DNA of 64,000 bases from a virus: the IMG/VR virus record IMGVR_UViG_3300025195_000002. The stretch is one strand, 5' to 3'. The position numbers were made by a program, and so were the translations under genes. This document shows positions 10,241 through 18,116 of the stretch, one piece after another. Numbering within the stretch: the first letter of the stretch is position 1; every line of letters starts with the position of its first letter. A model generated the notes under the pieces. It did not search any database and was not told the origin of the DNA. It worked only from the letters and a program-made list of their open reading frames with translations.

Positions 10241-10289
10241 AGCAGTATTATGCTGTATCTTTTTTTTATTTAAAAAGGAAGTTAGTACC

Positions 10290-10700
10290 ATGGCTGATAG
10301 AAATGAAATTAATTTAGATACCTTTAATGCTGTCCAAGACAGCTTGGCTAAAGAAGATGCTAAAGGTGGTAAGACACGCCCAAGGATAACCTGGTTAATG
10401 GCTATACTTTTTACTAGCTTTTATGTTGTTTATATGGTCATTATGGTCGAAAGTGTCATGGCGGGTAAGTTTGTATTACCTAACTGGGAAGAGATCACCG
10501 CTTTACTAGGTCTACCTGCATTTGTTTTGCGTAGTTATTTCAATAACCGCACGCAGGATAAGAAGACTCGTGCTGCGGCTGCCTTAGGACTTAACCCTAA
10601 CGCGACACAGGGCACTACTGCATTAGATACATTAATACGGGTGTTGTCTGTAAAGTATCTAAAGATAGATCCGGTTACTATGAAACCAGTAGATAAATAG
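10290..10700 (+). CDS. Putative holin (GTA-type/DUF3154-like membrane protein)
   Basis: RPRITWLM followed by a TM helix, a second hydrophobic segment, then SYFNNRTQDK; directly upstream of a spanin-like pair. Confidence 0.5.
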   Translation: MADRNEINLDTFNAVQDSLAKEDAKGGKTRPRITWLMAILFTSFYVVYMVIMVESVMAGKFVLPNWEEITALLGLPAFVLRSYFNNRTQDKKTRAAAALGLNPNATQGTTALDTLIRVLSVKYLKIDPVTMKPVDK

Positions 10701-10717
10701 CAAAAGAGGAGAGTATC

Positions 10718-11155
10718 ATGCTTTTAGGTTATAAAATAGCAGGCGTTACTAGTGTTGTTTTACTAGCAATTATAGGCTGGCTCTCCTATGAAAATGTTAC
10801 GCTTTCAAGAGATCTAGCTTTAAAGCAAAATGAAGTTGATAAGCTTACCTCAAATGTTGTAACGTTGGAAACTGCTAACGAAACAAGCAATGAGACAATT
10901 GACAAATTAATCACACTGTCCCAACAACAGGCTGGATTAATTGAGCGATATGGGGAAAGAAATAATGAAGTGGTTACAAAAGCAAACAGGTTGGAGAACG
11001 AGATTGATCGACTTCGTAATACAGAAGCTGTTCAAGCGTTACAAATTCCCTTTGAGAGGGGCAATGCTGCTACTGTGCGTGTCGGTGACCTCATGCAGTC
11101 TATTGCAGGCACCCGTACAGACAGTGAAAGTAAAGACGATTCCAGTAATCCCTAA
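10718..11155 (+). CDS. Putative i-spanin (Rz-like)
   Basis: Single N-terminal TM helix followed by a long predicted coiled coil; 3' end overlapped by a lipoprotein ORF in another frame. Confidence 0.65.
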   Translation: MLLGYKIAGVTSVVLLAIIGWLSYENVTLSRDLALKQNEVDKLTSNVVTLETANETSNETIDKLITLSQQQAGLIERYGERNNEVVTKANRLENEIDRLRNTEAVQALQIPFERGNAATVRVGDLMQSIAGTRTDSESKDDSSNP

Positions 11156-11525
11156 GGTTACTATCCCCGCCCCTATTGCGAAACCTACTATATCTATACC
11201 ACCCGTTATTACATTGACGCCTGATGATGCGTTATATTATCAAAAGGCTTGTGATGACTTCGGTATGATTGGTCAGGACGATGGTTATACGCTGAGTGAG
11301 ATTAACAGTCTCTATCCAGGACTAGATCGCTCGGCGGCGTGTGATTGGGCTATCTATGGTTTTACCGTGCAAGGTTGGTTAACATTTGAAAGCCAACTTA
11401 ATCGACTGGGTGTTTATACAGAGCAACTTCGCAATCGTATTAGCTACTTAGAGTCTATGATTAAAGAGTTAGAACAAAACGCCAAAGTCCAACAGGATGC
11501 AATATTGGAGAATAATAATGACTGA
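11064..11525 (+). CDS. Putative o-spanin (Rz1-like lipoprotein)
   Basis: ATG 11064 preceded by GAGAGGGG; MLLLCVSVTS-C lipobox-like signal, then a Pro-rich stretch (IPVIPKVTIPAPIAKP); overlaps the Rz-like gene. Confidence 0.6.
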   Translation: MLLLCVSVTSCSLLQAPVQTVKVKTIPVIPKVTIPAPIAKPTISIPPVITLTPDDALYYQKACDDFGMIGQDDGYTLSEINSLYPGLDRSAACDWAIYGFTVQGWLTFESQLNRLGVYTEQLRNRISYLESMIKELEQNAKVQQDAILENNND

Positions 11526-11787
11526 TGAAAGACCTGAAAGACGCCGCTTAGATCACCGTATACACGAGGTGGCGTATCTTTTAATGAAGTTACGGATAGC
11601 GCAAGTTGCGTGTCTAGTGTTCATCTGTTACCTTACTTTTGATTTCCATGTCTTTTTTACAGAAAACATAGACAGGTTTGAACAATGGCAGATGGTATCA
11701 GTGGTAGCGTACATGGGTGGTTTCTTAGGTGCGCTTAAGTTGATGTTTGAAAATATTAAATTAAAGGTCTCCAGGGATGATATATGA
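11518..11787 (+). CDS. Two-TM membrane protein (holin/antiholin-like)
   Basis: Charged N-terminus, two hydrophobic helices, basic C-terminus; GGAG RBS. Confidence 0.45.
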   Translation: MTDERPERRRLDHRIHEVAYLLMKLRIAQVACLVFICYLTFDFHVFFTENIDRFEQWQMVSVVAYMGGFLGALKLMFENIKLKVSRDDI

Positions 11788-12170
11788 CGTTTTTTACACT
11801 TAATATCGTGACATTGATTACTATTATAGCTATTAATGCATTTACAGTCATGGACGGTGAATATCTATTTCGAGTAAGTAGATGTCAACGATGTAATATG
11901 TTGGATACCGGCATTATTACCTGGTCTGATAGAATAAGAGTATGGGTTAAGGATTCTAATACCGCCATTGGGCTGTTATTGTTTATTACCGCTACGGGTA
12001 TGTTGAGTATATTCATATATCTATACATTCTGATTCTTTTTACTTTTAGCATCATGCGAACATTGGATGGTCAACAAGCTGCTACATTAAGTCTAAATTA
12101 TTATTACAAGTTGTTTATAGGTCCGTTTACAGTTGTATGGTTACTGCCGTGTATTCTCTATTTCTCATGA
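11784..12170 (+). CDS. Multi-TM membrane protein with CxxC
   Basis: Three hydrophobic segments and CQRC; ATGA overlap with the upstream gene. Confidence 0.5.
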   Translation: MTFFTLNIVTLITIIAINAFTVMDGEYLFRVSRCQRCNMLDTGIITWSDRIRVWVKDSNTAIGLLLFITATGMLSIFIYLYILILFTFSIMRTLDGQQAATLSLNYYYKLFIGPFTVVWLLPCILYFS

Positions 12171-12171
12171 T

Positions 12172-12208
12172 ATAAGCAGGTACTGTAAAAGGTACCTGTT
12201 TATGCCGT
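12172..12208 (+). terminator. Hairpin + TATGCCGT ending the membrane cassette
   Basis: AAGCAGGTAC...GTACCTGTTT-ATGCCGT. Confidence 0.65.
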
Positions 12209-12223
12209 TAGAGTCATTTTCAG

Positions 12224-12238
12224 ACCTATATTACTTAA
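12224..12238 (+). promoter_or_regulatory. phiKZ-type early promoter motif ACCTATATTACTTAA
   Basis: Contains TATATTAC (phiKZ early promoter core); one of five near-identical intergenic copies. Confidence 0.8.
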
Positions 12239-12266
12239 AGGATATTAACCTACTAAGGATATTAAC

Positions 12267-12389
12267 ATGACTATCTCTCTATTAGATATCATTATTTATT
12301 TCGTGTTCATGGGTTCACTGGTAGCCTTACTTTATCGGGATAACATTATCCCTGCTATCAAACAATGGTTTAAACGAACCCTCGCATGA
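12267..12389 (+). CDS. 40-aa single-TM early protein (not in ORF track)
   Basis: MTISLLDIIIYFVFMGSLVALLYRDNIIPAIKQWFKRTLA*; AAGGA RBS; directly downstream of an early-promoter motif and bounded by hairpins. Confidence 0.6.
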   Translation: MTISLLDIIIYFVFMGSLVALLYRDNIIPAIKQWFKRTLA

Positions 12390-12419
12390 CGGCATAGAGG
12401 AGGACATTGTCCTCCTTCT
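12389..12419 (-). terminator. Hairpin + TATGCCGT on the minus strand
   Basis: GGAGGAC-ATT-GTCCTCC between convergent genes. Confidence 0.65.
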
Positions 12420-12420
12420 A

Positions 12421-13275
12421 CTAGCTTTCTTTTTTTCTTTCAATAATCTGATAGAGCCTAGACTCACCATTACAATATTTACCTTGCTTGAGGTTAGTCA
12501 GGTAATGGCTATTTAATAGATGGCCAGGTAAATTAGCGGTATACTGAATACCGGCAATGCGGGTCTGGTAGTGTTTCGCGCCTATTCGAAAGACATAGTC
12601 TTTTTCATTACCAAAATGTTCTACGTTCTTAACCAAAGGAAACTCATCCTGAGCACCTGCAATAGTAAATAACTCGATATTGCTAAGGTCTAAACCATAA
12701 CCCTTTAATATCTTAACCACATTTGAAAGAATGATCCCTCCCTGAGAGTGAGCAATAATGTGGATTTTCTTTCCACTTAGTACAGGATAAAAAAGATGCT
12801 GTGCCATAATTCTAGCAATAGGCGTTAAACGGGACGTAGCCCTGCCTACAACGCTTTCAATAAGATCTCTATACATTCCCCTAGAGGGGTTATATAGACC
12901 CATCACAGGCTCATCTAGAAGCCGTGATAAACCATCAAGGTTAACATCCAAGACATCTTTGGTTGTCATGATGCCGTTAATAAAATAACAAAGCGTTTCT
13001 TGCTCGTTAAATTCATTGATAGTTATCGACCTACTATAATGATGAGGTTTAACAAAGAATCGATCTAAAGTCTTAGCCGTACTCTCACCACGCGCCACCA
13101 TAGACGCTACTAACTTTACCTTGCTGGCATGGTTGATCTTGTCACTAATAACTTTGTCTTCCGTACCATATTCTGGTTCAGGATGACCTTTGGATGCATT
13201 GATGTAACGTAAATAGGGCAGTTCACTAATAAGTAGTATCGTCTCCCTCACGATGTTGATAAATGTCTTAAACAC
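12421..13275 (-). CDS. Alpha/beta-fold hydrolase (lipase/esterase-like)
   Basis: IHIIAHSQGG nucleophile elbow; FINGIMT oxyanion-like motif; candidate Asp (EKDYV) and His (GHLL). Confidence 0.75.
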   Translation of the reverse strand: MFKTFINIVRETILLISELPYLRYINASKGHPEPEYGTEDKVISDKINHASKVKLVASMVARGESTAKTLDRFFVKPHHYSRSITINEFNEQETLCYFINGIMTTKDVLDVNLDGLSRLLDEPVMGLYNPSRGMYRDLIESVVGRATSRLTPIARIMAQHLFYPVLSGKKIHIIAHSQGGIILSNVVKILKGYGLDLSNIELFTIAGAQDEFPLVKNVEHFGNEKDYVFRIGAKHYQTRIAGIQYTANLPGHLLNSHYLTNLKQGKYCNGESRLYQIIERKKES

Positions 13276-13314
13276 AAGTAAACCCTTAACGTTTTAAAAT
13301 AATTGCATACGATT

Positions 13315-13350
13315 CGGCATAAATGGGACCCTAATACAGGGTCCCATAAA
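13315..13350 (-). terminator. Hairpin + TATGCCG on the minus strand
   Basis: ATGGGACCCT-AATAC-AGGGTCCCAT downstream of 13362..13892. Confidence 0.65.
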
Positions 13351-13361
13351 TAAGCATTGTT

Positions 13362-13892
13362 TTATTGTTCGATGTTGGTTAAATAAACCGCATCGTTTTC
13401 AACATCTACTAACAACTCAAACTGACCTTTCCCCGTCAGAGATAATGAGCTTTCTTGAGTACTCTCATCAAGATGAAAGACCGTACTCTCTAAAGATGAA
13501 ACAACGGTTACTACGCCCGCTGTATCCCATACATTATCCACCTTGATTAATGCATTTTGAACAATATCACCCATGTCTATCGTAATCGTACCATCACCTG
13601 CACCGATCCGTTTAACGATATGGTGTACGGATAACCCTGATAAGGTAACATCCCCAACGCTATTGATCACGTTAAAGGTGTTGTGAGGGTCAGACTCAGT
13701 AAAGTGTGCCTCTAAGATCCCATCGTACGACATTCCAAATGCGAACATATTACCTTCTTCATCCTTGGAGAAGATAACTTGATCAGCGATGTTAAACGCA
13801 ATACCAGCAACATTAATGAGTTCTGGTTCAGGCGTTGCGCCGGGTGTTGTACTGTATGGGAATCCAATGGGGCCTAGGCGGAAAGTTGCCAT
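13362..13892 (-). CDS. Tail-fibre-related protein with shared N-terminal motif
   Basis: IAFNIADQVIFSKDEEGN...ILEAHFTESDPHN aligns with the N-termini of 26831..27421 and 16365..17357. Confidence 0.5.
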   Translation of the reverse strand: MATFRLGPIGFPYSTTPGATPEPELINVAGIAFNIADQVIFSKDEEGNMFAFGMSYDGILEAHFTESDPHNTFNVINSVGDVTLSGLSVHHIVKRIGAGDGTITIDMGDIVQNALIKVDNVWDTAGVVTVVSSLESTVFHLDESTQESSLSLTGKGQFELLVDVENDAVYLTNIEQ

Positions 13893-14018
13893 TGCATGCT
13901 CCTGGTATTGCAGGCCAATGAGTTAGCGTGCTGTCTCTTTTATTTAATAACCGACGTGATGTCAGTGTACGTGAAAGGATTCATAAGAATAAGGTATTTT
14001 TCTTGAATATAAATTTAC

Positions 14019-14033
14019 ACCTATATTACTTAA
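14019..14033 (+). promoter_or_regulatory. phiKZ-type early promoter motif ACCTATATTACTTAA
   Basis: Upstream of the repeat-protein gene. Confidence 0.8.
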
Positions 14034-14077
14034 GTAGAGCAATTGTGGATGGTGTTAATTTAAATAGGAATACAATA

Positions 14078-14623
14078 ATGAACCTACAACAGATAGAGAA
14101 CCTTGCATTGGAGTTAATGAATCTTGACACGTTGGACATAAACGATAAAAGACTTACATTAAAGGATGATTCTACTAACGTTACAGTAGCTCACGCTATG
14201 GCCGCCAAGGGTTACACTTTTCCACTAGAGAGTGAGCTACTTAAATTAGTAGGTACGGCTGACTGGTCAGTGGCCCACTCCATGGCCAGTATAGGTTACG
14301 ATTTTCCCGAGGATAGCGAGCTACTGAAGTTAGTAGATATAACAGGTGAGTCGGTAGCTCACGTCATGGCCAAGCGAGGTTACCAATTTTCAGAAAACAG
14401 TGGGATACTAAAGTTAGCAGACTTTCGAGGCTGGACAATAGCTCACACCATGGCGCAACAAGGTTACACTTTTCCACTAGAGAGTGAGCTACTTAAATTA
14501 GTAGACGATCAAGGATGGACAGTAGCTCACGTCATGGCTGATGAAGGTTACCAATTTCCAAAAGGCAGTGAACTGCTGAAGTTAGTAAGCAAAGACATCA
14601 AAGGCTACGAGGATGATTTCTGA
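14078..14623 (+). CDS. Early protein with five 28-aa ankyrin-like repeats
   Basis: Start moved to ATG 14078 after the promoter motif and AGGA RBS; repeats of form (GW)TVAHxMAxxGYxFPxxSELLKLVD. Confidence 0.7.
   Translation: MNLQQIENLALELMNLDTLDINDKRLTLKDDSTNVTVAHAMAAKGYTFPLESELLKLVGTADWSVAHSMASIGYDFPEDSELLKLVDITGESVAHVMAKRGYQFSENSGILKLADFRGWTIAHTMAQQGYTFPLESELLKLVDDQGWTVAHVMADEGYQFPKGSELLKLVSKDIKGYEDDF
14183..14602 (+). repeat. Five tandem 84-bp coding repeats
   Basis: Units start at 14183, 14267, 14351, 14435 and 14519; 43 bp are identical between 14210-14252 and 14462-14504. Confidence 0.9.
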
Positions 14624-14659
14624 TAACTGAACTTTTAATATTAAACTTAGGAATATACG

Positions 14660-16264
14660 ATGTCAAGTGATGATAATGAATTAATAGGATTAAAGGTTGG
14701 CGCGTTAACCGTTCAAGGTCTAGATACGTCTAATACGAAAACCAAACGCAGTTGGCTATGTAAATGTCAATGCGGTAAGATAATATCCATTGACACCTTC
14801 AGGCTTAAAGCAGGCAAAATTACCTCTTGTGGTTGCTTAGCCAAGCTAAAGGCAAAAGAGAACGCGACCACCCATGGTTTACGTCGCCATCCCTTACATG
14901 GACGGTGGACAATGATGCGGGGTCGCTGTAACAATCCAAACAACCCCGACTACCATAACTACGGAGGACTGGGTATTAAGGTTGATCCTAGGTGGGATGA
15001 TTTTGGGTTATTCGTGCAAGATATGGGAGAACCTGAACCCGGTCAGGTCTTATTAAGAAGGGATGCTAACGCTGACTTTGGACCCGATAACTGCTATTGG
15101 GGCAAACGTGAGTATGTATTGAGAAACACTACTAATAGAGGCGATGACTTAACCGGACAAACGTTTGGAGAGGTAACGGTCTTTAAGAAAGCAGAACCCC
15201 TACCTACTACTAAAGGCAACCGGTGGTGGGTGAGATGTTCGTGCGGTACTGAGAAAATCGTTTCAGCTAAAAGTTTAAAGTCAGGTGATACTAAAAGCTG
15301 CGGGTGCTTGTCTAAACGCAACTTAGTAGGAGATACCTTTAGTGAATTAACGGTTCTTAGAGAAGACCCTATAAAGCAAGGTAAGAAGCGGCGTTGGATC
15401 TGCCAATGTAGCTGTGGTAATACGACATCAGTGGCCACTAACGATCTAACTTCAGGTCATACCAGAAGCTGTGGGTGTGCTAAGGGTAAGTTAATCAGTA
15501 GCGGCGTTACCACTCATGGGTTGAGGGATCATCCTTTATACGGAAGATGGTCAGCTATGAAGAACCGGTGTTATAATCCTAATGACGATTACTACCACAA
15601 CTATGGTGGGAGAGGTATTAAGGTTTGTAATAGATGGCGTAACTCGATTGATAACTTCCTAGAAGACATGGGGATGCCACCTGAGGGCTATACCTTAGAC
15701 CGCAAAGACAATAATAAGGATTATAGTCCAGAGAATTGTAGATGGGCGACTAATAAAGAACAGGGGAGAAATAAAAGCGATACGGTATGGTTAGAGTATG
15801 GCGGTAGGCGTGTTACACGTATTGATCTAGCGGAGGAACATGGGGTTGATCCTAATAGACTTCGTCAGAGGTTAGAAAAGGGGTGGGATTTAGAGTTAGC
15901 GCTAACACCACCCTTTAAATCAGGTTCTATAACCGAACCGTTAGTTGGTTTAAATTTAGAAACTCGCCAGATTGTATTCTCTGTGCATGTTGATGCAATG
16001 GCTAGTCTGATTGATATTAGTAAACACAAAATAAGAAGCGCAGTAGCTTACCGTGTCTCTATTAGTGGTGTCTGGGTGTTTAGACAGATATCTGATAAAA
16101 CCCCTTGGAACGATCACAAGGGCTGTACGGGCGTCTCAGAGGAAGTTATCCTCAAGCAACCCAATGGGCCGGATGTGATCTTTTCTGACGTTAGAGAGGC
16201 TTACAGGTACCTTACAGAGCATTCTTTACTAGATAAGGAGTATAGGTTAGAAGTATTTGAATGA
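14660..16264 (+). mobile_element. Free-standing HNH-type homing endonuclease with duplicated domains
   Basis: Three W-x-C-x-C-x-CG...SCGC-type modules and two RCxNPN..Y.NYGG.GI..W...F..DMG nuclease modules; the second retains LDRKDNNKDYSPENCRW. Confidence 0.85.
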
Positions 16265-16307
16265 CGGCATAAAAGAACCAGCCCGTAAAGGCTGGTTCTT
16301 AGCTATG
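16264..16307. terminator. Bidirectional hairpin between the HNH gene and the fibre operon
   Basis: CGGCATA-AAAGAACCAGCC-CGTAAA-GGCTGGTTCTT-AGCTATG. Confidence 0.7.
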
Positions 16308-16364
16308 TTTCTTTTTTGTCTATCTTAAGCTACAAGCGTTGTGCTAAACCTAAGATAGCCGCAA

Positions 16365-17357
16365 TCAAAACGACCGACCATAGTCAAGTGAAGCTGCGAG
16401 GTCAGTTACCAGGCCATTGGCATGACTAATGGCAGCCAGGCGTGCGTCGTTAACCGCTTTCGAAGAAGCAACGTTGGTAGTTGAGGTTGAGTCAGTCGCA
16501 TCAGAGATAGCAGACTTGTCAACTTTCAATGCCAGACCAGTGTCAGTGTAAGACTTGGCTTCAGTCAACGCAAGCAGAACAGCGTTAGACGATGCAACGT
16601 TGGTAGAGCTGTCAGACACGATAGAGTCAGAGATATCTGCTTTATCGACTTTAAGCGCCAGGCCATCGTTAAGCTGAGTGATGGTTGCTTTAGTTGCCAA
16701 GGTTGAAGTGATAGCAGCGATGTCGCTATCGTTATCAGTCAGGGCAGCAGCAAGTTCTTGCAAGGTATCCAATGCAGCCGGTGGAGCACCGCCTAAGATA
16801 TCAGACTTAACAGCATCCGCGTAGGCAATAGCAGCGGCTTCTGCACTAACACCACGCTGGAATGCGGTGTACGCAGCCATAGATGATGCATACTGAGTAG
16901 ACGTCTGCTCATTAACAGCGTCGCTGATGGTGTAGTTTTCTACGTTACCCAGACCAACGTCAGCTTTGGTCAGGTTAGAGGTATCAGACTGTGCTTGAGC
17001 GATATCAGATTCAGCTTGAGCAATACGGTTACCGATTTTCAGTAACGTATCTAACGTGCTATCCAGCGCACCGCCTTTAAGTGCGTTGATCTGAGTATCA
17101 GTGTAACCATTAGAGCTGGCGATCGCATTAGCTTGAGCAGCAGCGATATCAGCAGTATAGTCACGACCTAAGGTAATTACATTACCTTCGTGGTCTTTGG
17201 TGAAGATCTTACGATCGACTAAGTTAAGTGCAATAGCACCTTCTTCCAGGTCGGCCGCCAGAGGTACGGCACTTGCAGTGATTGAACGGTCAAACTGAAT
17301 CTGACCAAGATCAATGGCTACGTTCTCTTCACCTGAGGTTGAGTTAACTGTAGGCAT
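16365..17357 (-). CDS. Tail fibre / fibre-stem protein
   Basis: LEEGAIALNLVDRKIFTKD N-terminus, TKADVGLGNVEN, LDTLQELAAAL and repeated LKVDK..ISD...S.TNVASS.AV, all typical of phage fibre shafts. Confidence 0.7.
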   Translation of the reverse strand: MPTVNSTSGEENVAIDLGQIQFDRSITASAVPLAADLEEGAIALNLVDRKIFTKDHEGNVITLGRDYTADIAAAQANAIASSNGYTDTQINALKGGALDSTLDTLLKIGNRIAQAESDIAQAQSDTSNLTKADVGLGNVENYTISDAVNEQTSTQYASSMAAYTAFQRGVSAEAAAIAYADAVKSDILGGAPPAALDTLQELAAALTDNDSDIAAITSTLATKATITQLNDGLALKVDKADISDSIVSDSSTNVASSNAVLLALTEAKSYTDTGLALKVDKSAISDATDSTSTTNVASSKAVNDARLAAISHANGLVTDLAASLDYGRSF

Positions 17358-17468
17358 GGATTAAACTCCTAAAGATGGGATGCGGTCCCAGATTAAATAT
17401 ACTTGACGAGCGTGTCATAGTATCGAGATAAAATGGAGGTAGTTTTTTACGACTACCTCCTTGTAAGG

Positions 17469-18116
17469 TTAAGCACTAACGCCAAAGAACTCAGCACGTT
17501 TTAACCAGGCAGTGTTGTAGAAACTCTCCCACTCTTCTGCGGTATTGAGGACAACTGCGTTACCGTTATCGTTATTAAATGGAACAGGAACAAAAGGCTC
17601 GCCGGCTTTTTCACGCTTCTCAAGGAAACGATCAATAGACGTCCAACCGTTTTGGTCAGCTTCCGTTACACTACACATCACGCCATTGAACTCAAAGGCG
17701 TTCATCTTACGCCAGTGACGGTAACTGGAATCGGTAGAAAAGTATTCAGCCATCGGACCAGGTTGAGGTTTAGGTGGGAACGACTGATAACTTAGAAGAG
17801 GTGAATGTTCTTCTTCATTTTCAATCGCTGCGTTTCTTTCCTCAATCTCAAGGTTAGTCTTTTCAACCTTTTCGTTAGCGGCATGAATCTGAAGGCAGCG
17901 TTTTGCCCAAGACTCCTGAAGAAACTCAATGTAATTTGAGTAAGCAGCTTCAAGCGAACTCTCTTTAACATTGGCTTCCATCAGACCTTTGATATACTCA
18001 GGTCCAAAAGCCGACATTGAAAAGTCGTAAACAGGACCAGTAGTTTGTTCCCCACTGTTCACCTGTTCAGGTGATAGAATCCACTTAGATAGATTCGGTA
18101 AACTAGGACGCGTCAT
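17469..18116 (-). CDS. Hypothetical tail-fibre-associated protein (DUF4376-like C-terminus)
   Basis: FEFNGVMCSVTEADQNG resembles DUF4376; one-base coupled to the upstream 961-aa gene. Confidence 0.4.
   Translation of the reverse strand: MTRPSLPNLSKWILSPEQVNSGEQTTGPVYDFSMSAFGPEYIKGLMEANVKESSLEAAYSNYIEFLQESWAKRCLQIHAANEKVEKTNLEIEERNAAIENEEEHSPLLSYQSFPPKPQPGPMAEYFSTDSSYRHWRKMNAFEFNGVMCSVTEADQNGWTSIDRFLEKREKAGEPFVPVPFNNDNGNAVVLNTAEEWESFYNTAWLKRAEFFGVSA

Noticed and set aside
13928-14077. Extended N-terminus of the repeat protein as given in the ORF track
   Set aside because: It spans the early promoter; ATG 14078 has the RBS.
14183-14602. CRISPR-like array
   Set aside because: The 84-bp periodicity is an in-frame coding repeat without unique spacers; no cas genes.
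14660-16264. HNH as an intron-encoded ORF
   Set aside because: Flanking genes are complete with their own starts and stops, and there is little flanking space for a group I intron core.
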